Source: Escherichia coli
Lineage (GTDB): Bacteria; Pseudomonadota; Gammaproteobacteria; Enterobacterales; Enterobacteriaceae
Assembly (NCBI RefSeq): GCF_003018255.1
Contig: NZ_CP027440.1
Length of the DNA stretch: 64,000 nucleotides
Strand: one strand, 5' to 3'
Part shown: in pieces, positions 1 to 17,534 of the stretch
Layout of the letters: each line of letters begins with the position of its first letter
Position numbering within the stretch: the first letter of the stretch is position 1
Made by a program: the position numbers and the translations under genes
The notes under the pieces: generated by a model
The model's input: the letters and a program-made list of their open reading frames with translations, nothing else
Database searches by the model: none
Told to the model about the DNA's origin: nothing

Positions 1-1113
1 TTGCTCGGCAATTGCCACGTCGAAGTAGCGATCCGGGAATTTACGTGAAAACTCGACCATGCCGGAACCTTCACGCATCGCCGGAGTAATCGCCATCAGC
101 TTGTTATCTTTCGCTGCGGTTTCGCACAACCAGTCGCCAAAGATTTTTGAATAGCTTGGCAAACCGCCGCTACTTTTCGGCAGACAACCGCTGGAGGGAT
201 CAAATTTAGGCACGGCGTGGAAGGTGATTGGGTCTTTTTCTGCCGGTTCATAACCACGACCTTTTTTGGTCATGATATGCAGGAACTGCGGGCCTTTCAG
301 GTCGCGCATGTTCTTAAGCGTGGTGATAAGCCCCAGCACATCGTGACCGTCCACCGGGCCGATGTAGTTAAAGCCCAGCTCTTCAAACAACGTGCCAGGC
401 ACTACCATGCCTTTAATATGTTCTTCGGTACGTTTGAGCAGCTCTTTAATGGGTGGCACGCCAGAGAAAACTTTTTTTCCGCCTTCGCGCAGTGAAGAGT
501 AAAGCTTACCGGAAAGCAGCTGCGCCAGATGGTTGTTGAGCGCGCCAACATTTTCGGAAATCGACATTTCATTGTCGTTGAGAACCACCAGCATATCAGG
601 ACGGATATCGCCCGCGTGATTCATCGCTTCAAACGCCATGCCAGCAGTAATCGCGCCATCGCCAATGACACAGACGGTGCGGCGATTTTTGCCTTCTTTC
701 TCGGCAGCAACTGCGATCCCAATTCCGGCACTGATGGAGGTTGATGAATGCCCGACGCTTAATACGTCATATTCGCTTTCGCCGCGCCACGGGAACGGGT
801 GCAGGCCACCTTTCTGACGGATGGTGCCGATTTTGTCGCGGCGCCCGGTCAAAATTTTATGCGGATAAGCCTGATGCCCCACATCCCAGATTAACTGGTC
901 AAACGGGGTATTGTAGACATAGTGCAGCGCCACGGTCAGTTCGACCGTGCCCAGCCCGGAGGCGAAGTGCCCGCTGGAACGGCTCACGCTGTCGAGTAAA
1001 TAGCGGCGCAGTTCGTCGCAGAGTTTCGGTAAACTCTCTTTCGGCAACAGTCGTAACTCCTGGGTGGAGTCGACCAGTGCCAGGGTCGGGTATTTGGCAA
1101 TATCAAAACTCAT
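1..1113 (-). CDS. dxs: 1-deoxy-D-xylulose-5-phosphate synthase, N-terminal ~371 codons (3' end lies beyond window start)
   Basis: Minus-strand frame open from nt 1 to ATG at 1111-1113; translation starts [13 protein letters not shown] and reads ...[27 protein letters not shown] at the window edge; recognised as Dxs. Confidence 0.93.
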
Positions 1114-1137
1114 CAGGGGCCTATTAATACTTATTGT

Positions 1138-2037
1138 TTATTTATTACGCTGGATGATGTAGTCCGCTAGCGCTTCCAGTGCCGAGGTATCGAGTGACTG
1201 TTCAGTCAGTTGTTTCAGCGACTGACGGGCATCGTCGATCAGATCCCGGGCTTTCTTCCGGGCTTGCTCAAGACCCAGAAGTGCAGGGTAGGTACTTTTA
1301 CCAAGTTGCTGGTCGGCACCCTGGCGTTTTCCCAACGTTGCAGTATCTCCCACCACATCCAGGATGTCATCCTGAACCTGGAAGGCAAGGCCGATGCTCT
1401 CTGCGTACTTGTCGAGTACTGGCAGAGCACGACGTCCTTTATCTCCGGCGCTTAATGCACCAAGGCGAACGGCGGCGCGAATCAATGCGCCGGTTTTATG
1501 ACGATGAATACGCTCAAGCGCGTCCAGAGGTACGTGTTTGCCTTCAGCGTCTAAATCTAATGCCTGACCACCGCACATTCCGGCAATACCGCTGGCGCTC
1601 GCCAGCTCAGAAATCATCGAAATTCTGTCGCGATCTGACACTTCCGGCATATCGGCATCGCTTAGAATCGAGAACGCCAGCGTTTGTAAAGCGTCACCAG
1701 CGAGAATCGCGTTTGCTTCGCCAAACTTCACATGGCAGGTCGGCAAACCGCGACGCAGATCGTCATCATCCATCGCCGGTAAATCATCATGAATTAATGA
1801 GTAAGCGTGGATACACTCTACGGCGGCAGCGGGTGCGTCCAGTGTGTTTGTGCTAACGCCGAACATATGACCAGTGGCATAAACCAGGAAAGGTCGCAGG
1901 CGCTTACCACCTAATAATGCGCCATACTGCATGGTTTCGACCACGGGAGTGTTCTGAAAGGGCAGTGGGGCGATAAAACGGCTCAGCGCCTGGTTGGCCT
2001 GCTTAACGCAGGCTTCGAGTTGCTGCGGAAAGTCCAT
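1138..2037 (-). CDS. ispA: farnesyl diphosphate synthase
   Basis: Track ORF 1138..2037 (299 aa); two Asp-rich prenyltransferase motifs (LIHDDLPAMDDDDLRRG, FQVQDDILD); 24 nt upstream of dxs on same strand. Confidence 0.95.
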   Translation of the reverse strand: MDFPQQLEACVKQANQALSRFIAPLPFQNTPVVETMQYGALLGGKRLRPFLVYATGHMFGVSTNTLDAPAAAVECIHAYSLIHDDLPAMDDDDLRRGLPTCHVKFGEANAILAGDALQTLAFSILSDADMPEVSDRDRISMISELASASGIAGMCGGQALDLDAEGKHVPLDALERIHRHKTGALIRAAVRLGALSAGDKGRRALPVLDKYAESIGLAFQVQDDILDVVGDTATLGKRQGADQQLGKSTYPALLGLEQARKKARDLIDDARQSLKQLTEQSLDTSALEALADYIIQRNK

Positions 2038-2279
2038 TACTCATTGTCCGGTGTAAAAGGGGTTAGAGAGGCGTCTTCATTGTCAGACAGCAGAATTTGT
2101 ACGCGCTGTTCGGCTTGTTGTAATTTGGCCTGCCCCTGACGTGCCAGCTGCACGCCGCGTTCGAACTCGTTCAGCGCCTCTTCCAGCGGCAGGTCGCCAC
2201 TTTCCAGACGGGTTACAATCTGTTCCAGCTCGCTCAGCGCCTTTTCAAAGCTGGCGGGAGCCTCATTTTTCTTCGGCAT
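2037..2279 (-). CDS. xseB: exodeoxyribonuclease VII small subunit
   Basis: Track ORF 2037..2279 (80 aa); stop overlaps ispA start by 1 nt (translational coupling, xseB-ispA-dxs operon). Confidence 0.93.
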
Positions 2280-2484
2280 AATGAATGTCTGACTCTCAAT
2301 ATTTTTCGCCCCGTCATGGTAACGGACTCAGGGCAAATAGCAAATAACGCGCAATGGTAAGGTGATGTGCGCAGCAAAGCGATGTTAGTGGTATACTTCC
2401 GCGCCTGGATGCAGCCGCAGGTGTGGGCTGCTGTATTTTTCCCTATACAAGTCGCTTAAGGCTTGCCAACGAACCATTGCCGCC

Positions 2485-3933
2485 ATGAAGTTTATCATTA
2501 AATTGTTCCCGGAAATCACCATCAAAAGCCAATCTGTGCGCTTGCGCTTTATAAAAATCCTTACCGGGAACATTCGTAACGTTTTAAAGCACTATGATGA
2601 GACGCTCGCTGTCGTCCGTCACTGGGATAACATCGAAGTTCGCGCAAAAGATGAAAACCAGCGTCTGGCTATTCGCGACGCCCTGACCCGTATTCCGGGT
2701 ATCCACCATATTCTCGAAGTCGAAGACGTGCCGTTTACCGACATGCACGATATTTTCGAGAAAGCGTTGGTTCAATATCGCGATCAGCTGGAAGGCAAAA
2801 CCTTCTGCGTACGCGTGAAGCGCCGCGGCAAACATGATTTTAGCTCGATTGATGTGGAACGTTACGTCGGCGGCGGTTTAAATCAGCATATTGAATCCGC
2901 GCGCGTGAAGCTGACCAATCCGGAAGTGACTGTCCATCTGGAAGTGGAAGACGATCGTCTGCTGCTGATTAAAGGCCGCTACGAAGGTATTGGCGGTTTC
3001 CCGATCGGCACCCAGGAAGATGTGTTGTCGCTCATTTCAGGTGGTTTCGACTCCGGCGTTTCCAGTTATATGTTGATGCGTCGCGGCTGCCGCGTGCATT
3101 ACTGCTTCTTTAACCTCGGCGGCGCGGCGCATGAAATTGGCGTGCGTCAGGTGGCGCATTATCTGTGGAACCGCTTTGGCAGCTCCCACCGCGTACGTTT
3201 TGTCGCTATTAATTTCGAACCGGTCGTCGGGGAAATTCTCGAGAAAATCGACGACGGTCAGATGGGCGTTATCCTCAAACGTATGATGGTGCGTGCCGCG
3301 TCCAAAGTGGCAGAACGTTACGGCGTACAGGCGCTGGTTACCGGTGAAGCGCTCGGCCAGGTGTCCAGCCAGACGCTGACCAACCTACGCCTGATTGATA
3401 ACGTCTCCGATACGCTGATCCTGCGTCCGCTGATCTCTTACGACAAAGAGCACATCATCAACCTGGCTCGCCAGATTGGCACCGAAGACTTTGCCCGCAC
3501 GATGCCGGAATATTGCGGCGTGATTTCCAAAAGCCCGACGGTGAAAGCGGTTAAATCGAAGATTGAAGCGGAAGAAGAGAAGTTCGACTTCAGCATTCTC
3601 GATAAAGTGGTGGAGGAAGCGAATAACGTTGATATCCGCGAAATCGCCCAGCAGACCGAGCAGGAAGTGGTGGAAGTGGAAACCGTCAATGGCTTCGGCC
3701 CGAACGACGTGATCCTCGATATCCGTTCTATCGATGAACAGGAAGATAAGCCACTGAAAGTCGAAGGGATTGATGTGGTTTCTCTGCCGTTCTATAAACT
3801 GAGCACCAAATTTGGCGATCTCGACCAGAGCAAAACCTGGCTGTTGTGGTGTGAGCGCGGGGTGATGAGCCGCCTGCAGGCGCTCTATCTGCGCGAGCAG
3901 GGCTTTAACAATGTGAAGGTGTATCGCCCGTAA
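2485..3933 (+). CDS. thiI: tRNA 4-thiouridine synthase ThiI
   Basis: Track ORF 482 aa; PP-loop SGGFDSGV and C-terminal rhodanese-like region; divergent from xseB. Confidence 0.95.
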
Positions 3934-3947
3934 TTTGTGGTTTTTAC

Positions 3948-3969
3948 GTCGCATCTGGTCAGATGCGAC
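3948..3969. repeat. REP-like palindrome (GTCGCATC-N6-GATGCGAC) between convergent thiI and yajL; possible bidirectional terminator
   Basis: Inverted repeat read directly from sequence immediately 3' of thiI stop. Confidence 0.5.
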
Positions 3970-3986
3970 GCTTACCGCATCCGACA

Positions 3987-5451
<1,465 letters not shown>

Positions 5452-5618
5452 TGTTCCTCCTCACCCGCAACCACTCCGGGTGTTCAATAAGGCTATCCCT
5501 TAATTGTGCATGCTGTTGCGACTATGCACAATTAAGGGATACGTCCTGGTGCGGGACTGTCGGTTATTTAACTTTGCGGGTATTATGCTTCGCATCAAAA
5601 ATGAAGGGAGAGGAAAAG

Positions 5619-6110
5619 ATGCCATCTTTCGATATTGTCTCTGAAGTTGATCTTCAGGAAGCACGTAACGCGGTCGATAACGCGAGCCGCGAAGTGGAGT
5701 CCCGTTTTGACTTCCGTAATGTTGAAGCCTCATTTGAGCTGAATGACGCCAGCAAAACCATCAAAGTGTTGAGCGAGTCCGACTTCCAGGTCAATCAGTT
5801 GCTGGATATTCTGCGTGCCAAGCTGCTGAAGCGCGGCATTGAAGGCAGTTCACTGGATGTACCGGAAAATATCGTTCATAGCGGTAAAACCTGGTTTGTG
5901 GAAGCGAAACTGAAACAGGGCATTGAGAGCGCGACTCAGAAGAAAATCGTCAAAATGATCAAAGACAGCAAACTGAAAGTGCAGGCGCAAATTCAGGGCG
6001 ATGAGATCCGCGTAACGGGTAAATCTCGTGATGATTTGCAGGCTGTCATGGCGATGGTACGTGGTGGCGATCTCGGTCAGCCGTTCCAGTTCAAAAACTT
6101 CCGCGATTAA
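5619..6110 (+). CDS. yajQ: nucleotide-binding protein YajQ (UPF0234)
   Basis: Track ORF 5451..6110 trimmed to ATG 5619 ([10 protein letters not shown]...), 163 aa, preceded by GGGAGAGG Shine-Dalgarno. Confidence 0.9.
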
Positions 6111-6136
6111 TCGCGACAACCTGCGCTTTGTTCATG

Positions 6137-6223
6137 TCAGATGCGGCATGAACGCCTGATTTGGCTTACAAAGGTTTGTAACTCAGGAACTTAGTAGGCC
6201 TGATAAGCGTAGCGCAGCAGGCA
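6137..6223. repeat. REP-type palindromic units (includes GTAGGCCTGATAAGCGTAGCGCAGCAGGC)
   Basis: Sequence matches the REP family seen again at 50963-50992; between convergent yajQ and yajR. Confidence 0.6.
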
Positions 6224-6237
6224 ATTTCGCCTCGCTT

Positions 6238-7602
6238 TTATGCCTGGCGAATTGCCTGTTCAACCTCAAAGCGATTCGTCACTTTGCTGTCGATTTTCAC
6301 ATACACTGAATGTTCTTCTTCTGCAATCAACACTTCTTTGACGCCTTCAGTTTCCAGCAAACGTACTTCTAACGCTTCGTTTGCGGCAGTGTCCGCCGGG
6401 ATTTCAATGCGCAAGCTGCTGACATACGGCGGTTCTTTCATGGTACTGGCGACTGCCAGCCACACTGCGGCCAGCATTGCGCCAGCGAGAAATACTCCCT
6501 GACCGTCAAACATGCCGTCAATCCAGCCGCCCAGCGAACCGCCAATCGCCACGCCAAGAAACTGGCTGGTGGAGTAAACACCCATCGCCGTACCTTTGTA
6601 ACCTGCTGGCGATTCTTTACTGATAAGTGAAGGCAGAAGGGCTTCCATCAAATTAAACGCCACAAAGAAAAGCTGCACGCCGACCACCAGTTGCCAGAAC
6701 TGCGTTTGTGCGTTCCACAACACAATTTCCGCAACCACGATCAGCCCGACGCAAAAGACAAAGACTTGCTTCATTTTGCGCTTAACTTCAGCGTAGATAA
6801 TGAAAGGCACGACCGAGCCAAAGGCGATTAACATCGTTGCCAGGTAGACCTTCCAGTGTTCAGCCGCCGGGAACCCCGCATCAGCCATCTGTCCGGGCAG
6901 GGCAACAAAGGTCGACATCAGCAAAATATGCAGACACATAATGCCAAAGTTGAGTTTCAGCAGCCGCGGTTCCGCCAGCACTTTACTGAAACTTCCTTTC
7001 ACCATTCCGGACTCACGATTAAGTACGTGAGTGCTACTGTTGGGCACAACCCAAATGGTCAACGCAATGCCGGTTGCTGCCAGAATAGCGATCATCCAGA
7101 ACAGCGCGTGCAGCCCAAGTTTGTGAGTGATGATCGGGCCAAGCACCATCGCAATGGCAAAGGTAATGCCAAAGCTCACGCCGATAAACGCCATCGCTTT
7201 GGTGCGGTTTTGTTCGCGCGTGAGATCGGAAAGCAGCGCCATAACGGCAGCGGCAATCGCACCGGAGCCTTGTAGCGCCCGGCCCAGAATAATTCCCCAG
7301 ATGGAGTCAGAGAGCGCAGCGATAACGCTACCGGCGGCAAACACTGCCAGCCCACCGACAATTAATGGTTTGCGACCAATGCGGTCGGAAAGCAGGCCAA
7401 ACGGAATCTGAAAAACGGCCTGAGTCAGACCATAAATACCAATGGCAATACCGATTAATGCTTCGCTGGCACCTTGCAGAGCCATGCCGTACGTGGTCAG
7501 AACCGGCAGAACCATGAACATGCCCAGCATGCGCAACGAGAATACGGTCCCTAAACCCCAGGTCGCGCGTCGCTCACCTGGCGTCATTTTATAATCGTTC
7601 AT
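6238..7602 (-). CDS. yajR: major facilitator superfamily transporter YajR
   Basis: Track ORF 6238..7800 trimmed to ATG 7600-7602 (MNDYKMTPGE...), 454 aa, polytopic membrane protein. Confidence 0.9.
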   Translation of the reverse strand: MNDYKMTPGERRATWGLGTVFSLRMLGMFMVLPVLTTYGMALQGASEALIGIAIGIYGLTQAVFQIPFGLLSDRIGRKPLIVGGLAVFAAGSVIAALSDSIWGIILGRALQGSGAIAAAVMALLSDLTREQNRTKAMAFIGVSFGITFAIAMVLGPIITHKLGLHALFWMIAILAATGIALTIWVVPNSSTHVLNRESGMVKGSFSKVLAEPRLLKLNFGIMCLHILLMSTFVALPGQMADAGFPAAEHWKVYLATMLIAFGSVVPFIIYAEVKRKMKQVFVFCVGLIVVAEIVLWNAQTQFWQLVVGVQLFFVAFNLMEALLPSLISKESPAGYKGTAMGVYSTSQFLGVAIGGSLGGWIDGMFDGQGVFLAGAMLAAVWLAVASTMKEPPYVSSLRIEIPADTAANEALEVRLLETEGVKEVLIAEEEHSVYVKIDSKVTNRFEVEQAIRQA

Positions 7603-7710
7603 TACCACCTCTGTTTTAAATTCGCGACTAGTGTAAAGCGGCAAACGAATGGGGTAAACATGCGGATTTTTTAGTAAATATTTCGAGAGGGATATGATTC
7701 TAATGCTAAG

Positions 7711-7735
7711 AAAAAAGGTGCCGTAGCACCTTTTT
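7711..7735. terminator. Rho-independent terminator at end of cyoABCDE (bidirectional hairpin AGGTGC-cgta-GCACCT flanked by A6 and T5)
   Basis: Stem-loop and flanking runs read from sequence 16-40 nt downstream of cyoE stop. Confidence 0.8.
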
Positions 7736-7750
7736 AACTGAGAGGTTGTG

Positions 7751-8641
7751 TTACCACACAGCAGCCAGCAGCGTATGCGAGTCCGGCACCATAAAATCAA
7801 CGGACATCATCACCGAGAGGGCAGTGATGGCGATGATAGAGAAGCCGAACAGCTTGCGCGCCCAGATTCTGTCATCAGCAACTTTATAACCGCGCAGAGC
7901 CATGCCTAACCACCAGACGCTCACCGCCGCGGCGACTACCAGATATTTATACCCAGCGTAACCGCCAAGAGAGAGCATCAGCGTGGCAACGGCAAAGGCG
8001 ATGATATACAGCGTGATGTGATTCTTCGCCACCGAAATGCCTTTTACCACTGGCAATACCGGAATGTTTGCCGCCTGGTAATCCTTAAAGCGGAAAATGG
8101 CGATGGCATAGGAGTGAGGCATCTGCCACAGACTGAAGATAGCAAGCAGGATCGCTGCGCCACTATCGAACTCGCCGGTTACTGCACAGTAGCCGATCAC
8201 CGGCGGCGCAGCGCCGGAGAGCGAACCAATCAATGTGCCGTAGACTGAGTGGCGTTTCATGTACAGGCTATAAACGCCGACATAAACCACAAAGCCCATC
8301 ACCCCCAGCCAGCAGGCCAGCGGATTCGCGCCAAACCACAGCAGCATAAAGCCAGCAATACCCAGCAAGGTGGCGTACACCAGCGAGACAGCAGGTGAGA
8401 TCAGGCCTTTAACCAGCACCCGATTCTTCGTCCTTTCCATCTTTCTGTCGATATCCCTGTCGATGTAGTTGTTAAACACACAACCCGACGCCACAACCAG
8501 TGACACCCCAACCAGCGTGTAGATAAACAGGGGATAATCAATGCTGCCCTTTGAGGCCAACAGGAATCCCCCAATCACCGAGATCAGGTTGCCAAAGATG
8601 ATGCCTGGTTTCGTTACTTGCAGGTATTGCTTAAACATCAT
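7751..8641 (-). CDS. cyoE: protoheme IX farnesyltransferase (heme O synthase)
   Basis: Track ORF 7751..8686 trimmed to [13 protein letters not shown] (296 aa); UbiA-family membrane prenyltransferase. Confidence 0.92.
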
Positions 8642-8652
8642 AACCGCCGCTC

Positions 8653-11589
<2,937 letters not shown>

Positions 11590-11598
11590 TCAACCCCT

Positions 11599-12546
<948 letters not shown>

Positions 12547-12757
12547 TTAACGACCTCAATTCCACGGGATCTGGTGGCGTTTAAAGTGTGTGGGCATTTT
12601 ACGGGAAGGTTACATTACTGTAAACATGATTAAATTCCTGTTACTTGGATTTGGCTTACAGGTCACATATGTTGCAAAACATATCAGGTTGATTTTAAGA
12701 AGCTGTTGCAAAAGGGCGTTATAACAAAAGGGGAGTGCAGAAGGAGTCTGGGCGGGC

Positions 12758-12773
12758 AATTGGTATAACCAAT
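12758..12773. promoter_or_regulatory. PdhR-type operator (AATTGGTATAACCAAT; ATTGGT-N3-ACCAAT inverted repeat) in cyoA upstream region
   Basis: Inverted repeat read from sequence about 210-230 nt upstream of cyoA ATG; PdhR is a known repressor of the cyo operon. Confidence 0.6.
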
Positions 12774-13005
12774 GCGAAATAAAACAATTATTTAACAAAT
12801 AATTATCATTAAGGTGACAACTGGGTAGTGGGAAAATAAAGACTCATTAGCTGAATCGTGTAAGAAAAATAGAATTCATAAATGGCGTCAATAATTTCCA
12901 GACGCTAAGCCGCACAAAAGAACAAATATTAATAAGCGATGCTGATGTTTATTTAGCCGTAATAATTACGGCGAGTGATTACTACGGCTAAATAATATTT
13001 ACAGA

Positions 13006-14481
13006 TTACGTCAGATGCGTTTTTCGTAGCGCCAGATAATCCAGTAAACCACCAAGCACGACGCCAGAAAGGGCGACTAAAACCCCGACTTCCAGCAGAG
13101 CAGGCAGGAAAGAGAAGTGCGTCAAATCCAGCGCGTCCATCGTCAACAGCAGTAACCACACGGCCAACAGGCTGACGCCCGCCGCCAGTGTCCACATGGC
13201 AAAGGCATAACCTGCCGGATATTCGGTACGGGAGATAAAGTTATCATTTACTCGTGTATATTCAAGCGTCTGGCGACAAACCAGCAGCAAGATAAGCCCT
13301 GGTACGGCAGCGGCGACGGAGAATAGATAGAATGTCGACCAGCCGTGTGCTTCAACAAACCAACCCGCCACGGGGCCGACATAAACTCGCCCTACAGCAG
13401 AAAGCGCTGAGAGCAGGGCAAATTGAGTAGCGGAAAATGACTTATTACACAGCGTCATTAACAGCGCGACAAAGGCTGATGTACCCATCCCGCCACAGAG
13501 GTTTTCGAAAAAGACGGCTGCGCCCATGCTGTAGAGATGCTTATCAGTAATCGACAGCAGCCAGTAACCGGCGTTAGATGCACCTTGTAAAATGCCGAAA
13601 ATCAGCAGTGCACGGAACAGCGACAGGCGCTGCATCAAAATCCCACCGTACAATGCGCCAACAATGGTCGCCAGTAAGCCAAGCGTTTTGTTAACCACGC
13701 CTACTTCACCCGCATCAAACCCGACGCCGCGAATCAAAAACGTGGTTGTCAGGCTCATAGCGAATGCGTCGCCCAGCTTATACAGCACGATAAGAAGCAA
13801 AATAAGCCAGGCATTATTGCGACCAAAGAAATCTCGCAGAGGTGCAACAACCGCTTGTTCCAGCGTTTTGGGCACAGGAATGGTGTCGGTGGGTTCTGGT
13901 GCAAGCAACGTCGCGATAATACAGGGGATCAACAGCGCCGCCATCAACCAGTACATGCCCTGCCAGCCCAGCCATTTATCTGCCAGCCACAGGGCTAAGC
14001 CGCCGGAAACCAGCATCCCTAAACGGTAACCCAGCACGCTGATTGCCGCGCCCGCACCACGTTCTTCTGCCGGGAGCACATCGGTTTTCCACGCATCGAA
14101 GACAATATCCTGGGAGGCAGAGCAAAAAGCGATCACCACCGCCAGTGCCGCCATCCAGCGGAGCTGGGTGCCTGGTTCGAGAAAACCCATCGCCGCAATG
14201 GCGACTAATAACAGAATTTGCGTGGCGAGCAGCCAACCGCGCCGCCGCCCGAAAAATGGGGGCGTGTAGCGGTCCATCAGTGGTGACCAGAGGAATTTAA
14301 AAACGTAAGCCTGGCCTACCAGAGAGAAGAAACCAATGGTTTTGAGATCGATATTCTCGACCGTCATCCAGGCCTGTAAGGTGCCGGACGTCAGGGCGAG
14401 CGGTAGCCCGGAAGCAAAACCCAGGATCAGCAATATGGCTGAACGCGGCTGTTGAAAAATACGTAAATATTGACTGGACAT
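13006..14481 (-). CDS. ampG: muropeptide permease (MFS)
   Basis: Track ORF 491 aa, MSSQYLRIFQQPRSAILL... Confidence 0.95.
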   Translation of the reverse strand: MSSQYLRIFQQPRSAILLILGFASGLPLALTSGTLQAWMTVENIDLKTIGFFSLVGQAYVFKFLWSPLMDRYTPPFFGRRRGWLLATQILLLVAIAAMGFLEPGTQLRWMAALAVVIAFCSASQDIVFDAWKTDVLPAEERGAGAAISVLGYRLGMLVSGGLALWLADKWLGWQGMYWLMAALLIPCIIATLLAPEPTDTIPVPKTLEQAVVAPLRDFFGRNNAWLILLLIVLYKLGDAFAMSLTTTFLIRGVGFDAGEVGVVNKTLGLLATIVGALYGGILMQRLSLFRALLIFGILQGASNAGYWLLSITDKHLYSMGAAVFFENLCGGMGTSAFVALLMTLCNKSFSATQFALLSALSAVGRVYVGPVAGWFVEAHGWSTFYLFSVAAAVPGLILLLVCRQTLEYTRVNDNFISRTEYPAGYAFAMWTLAAGVSLLAVWLLLLTMDALDLTHFSFLPALLEVGVLVALSGVVLGGLLDYLALRKTHLT

Positions 14482-14524
14482 GGGCGTCTACAGGCCCGGC
14501 TTGCACCGGGCCAGAGGGCAGAAA

Positions 14525-15103
14525 TTAACGCGCGTTCTGCTTGATGAATTCGTGGATGCTGGTGTCCTGAGACATATCAGCGATGGTATCGGTCAGCACA
14601 CTGTTAACCGCATCGGCGATATTTTTGTTGGAGGCCTGGAACGCACCTTCAACGTTGTAGCTGGCACGATAGTTTTTGGTCATTTTGTTGCCATTCTGCG
14701 CGGTAGCGATGATGGCGATATCCGCTTTGGTCGCGATGTTGTAGCGCACGTTGCCCTGGGACACGTCAGCATACAGTTGGCTAACGATGATTTGCAGATT
14801 AACCGGGCCATTCGGACCAACCATGTATCCACGGGCGGTCATTTGTTTTTCCAGCACTTCTTGCAGCAGGAAACGCAGATCGCGGGAGGCGGTCAGGGTA
14901 ACGATTTGATTATCGCGGGTGACTTTTGCCAGCGCCTGATCGGTACGCTGATCGGCACCATTAATGCTTACGGTGACGCCCATCAGGCTTGGATCCTGCT
15001 GTGGCAGTGTAATCGTCGGGGAAACTTCAATAGTTGTTGGCGGTTTTGCGCATCCTGCAAGCATAAACAGAGCAACTAACGGGAAGAGGATTTTTTTGAA
15101 CAT
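14525..15103 (-). CDS. yajG: lipoprotein YajG
   Basis: Track ORF 14525..15262 trimmed to MFKKILFPLVALFMLAGC (192 aa; signal peptide plus lipobox LAGC); 43 nt upstream of ampG. Confidence 0.9.
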   Translation of the reverse strand: MFKKILFPLVALFMLAGCAKPPTTIEVSPTITLPQQDPSLMGVTVSINGADQRTDQALAKVTRDNQIVTLTASRDLRFLLQEVLEKQMTARGYMVGPNGPVNLQIIVSQLYADVSQGNVRYNIATKADIAIIATAQNGNKMTKNYRASYNVEGAFQASNKNIADAVNSVLTDTIADMSQDTSIHEFIKQNAR

Positions 15104-15352
15104 GTTCGGGCTCTCAGAGACTCTTAAGCGTGTTTGGTAAAAATTCCCGCCATCATAACATTGCCAACGGCGAGGGGAAGTGGGTAAGGCATGTAAATTC
15201 ATCATGTTGACGAAATAATCGCCCCTGGTAAAAGAAACGCTGATGCGAGGCCTGTGTTTCAATCTTTAAATCAGTAAACTTCATACGCTTGACAGAAAAA
15301 CCAGGACGAAACCTAAATATTTGTTGTTAAGCTGCAATGGAAACGGTAAAAG

Positions 15353-15361
15353 CGGCTAGTA
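15353..15361 (+). promoter_or_regulatory. bolA P1 gearbox-type -10 element (CGGCTAGTA)
   Basis: Motif read about 47 nt upstream of bolA ATG; gearbox promoters use a CGGCAAGT-like -10. Confidence 0.5.
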
Positions 15362-15407
15362 TTTAAAGGGATGGATGACATCTCAGCGTTGTCGGAGGAG
15401 ATATTTC

Positions 15408-15725
15408 ATGATGATACGTGAGCGGATAGAAGAAAAATTAAGGGCGGCGTTCCAACCCGTATTCCTCGAAGTAGTGGATGAAAGCTATCGTCACAATGTC
15501 CCAGCCGGCTCTGAAAGCCATTTTAAAGTTGTGCTGGTCAGCGATCGTTTTACGGGTGAACGTTTTCTGAATCGTCATCGAATGATTTACAGTACTTTAG
15601 CGGAGGAACTCTCTACTACCGTTCATGCGCTGGCTCTGCATACTTACACTATTAAGGAGTGGGAAGGGTTGCAGGACACCGTCTTTGCCTCTCCTCCCTG
15701 TCGTGGAGCAGGAAGCATCGCGTAA
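15408..15725 (+). CDS. bolA: BolA transcriptional regulator
   Basis: Track ORF 15375..15725 trimmed to [15 protein letters not shown] (105 aa). Confidence 0.93.
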
Positions 15726-15781
15726 AAACGCATTTGCAACTGTCGGCGCTTTTCCAGTATGTTGCTAAAGATTTTATGAAA

Positions 15782-15808
15782 AACGGCCTGCGGGCCGTTT
15801 TGTTTTGT
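15782..15808 (+). terminator. Rho-independent terminator after bolA (AACGGCC-tgcg-GGCCGTT plus T-tract)
   Basis: Perfect 7-bp stem and U-rich tail read from sequence. Confidence 0.8.
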
Positions 15809-16059
15809 CTGGATTTTGCGCTTTTTGCCCAGCATTCAGACGAAAATTGCCCGGGAATTGTGAAAAAATACGCGACAGCGCGCAATAACCGTTCTCGACT
15901 CATAAAAGTGATGCCGCTATAATGCCGCGTCCTATTTGAATGCTTTCGGGATGATTCTGGTAACAGGGAATGTGATTGATTATAAGAACATCCCGGTTCC
16001 GCGAAGCCAACAACCTGTGCTTGCGGGGTAAGAGTTGACCGAGCACTGTGATTTTTTGA

Positions 16060-17367
<1,308 letters not shown>

Positions 17368-17400
17368 TTTACGCAGCATAACGCGCTAAATTCGCACAAA

Positions 17401-17433
17401 GGCCCGTCACCGCCAGGTGGTGGGCTTTTTTTT
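17401..17433 (+). terminator. Rho-independent terminator after tig
   Basis: GC-rich imperfect hairpin GCCCGTCACC/GGTGGTGGGC followed by T8. Confidence 0.7.
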
Positions 17434-17504
17434 GTCATGAATTTTGCATGGAACCGTGCGAAAAGCCTCTTTCGGTGTTAGCGTAACAACAAAAGATTGT
17501 TATG

Positions 17505-17534
17505 CTTGAAATATGGTGATGCCGTACCCATAAC
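17505..17534 (+). promoter_or_regulatory. sigma-32 heat-shock promoter of clpP (CTTGAAA-N15-CCCATAAC)
   Basis: Motifs read about 80-110 nt upstream of clpP ATG; clpP is a known sigma-32 regulon member. Confidence 0.6.

Noticed and set aside
217-1127. Three plus-strand ORFs (217-495, 529-744, 741-1127)
   Set aside because: Lie entirely antisense to dxs; Arg/Cys/His-rich low-complexity translations with no start context.
12783-12815. Possible Fur-box-like AT-rich sequence (AATAATTATCATTA) in the cyoA upstream region
   Set aside because: Only a partial match to the Fur consensus in an AT-rich background; cannot be distinguished from chance without a scoring matrix.
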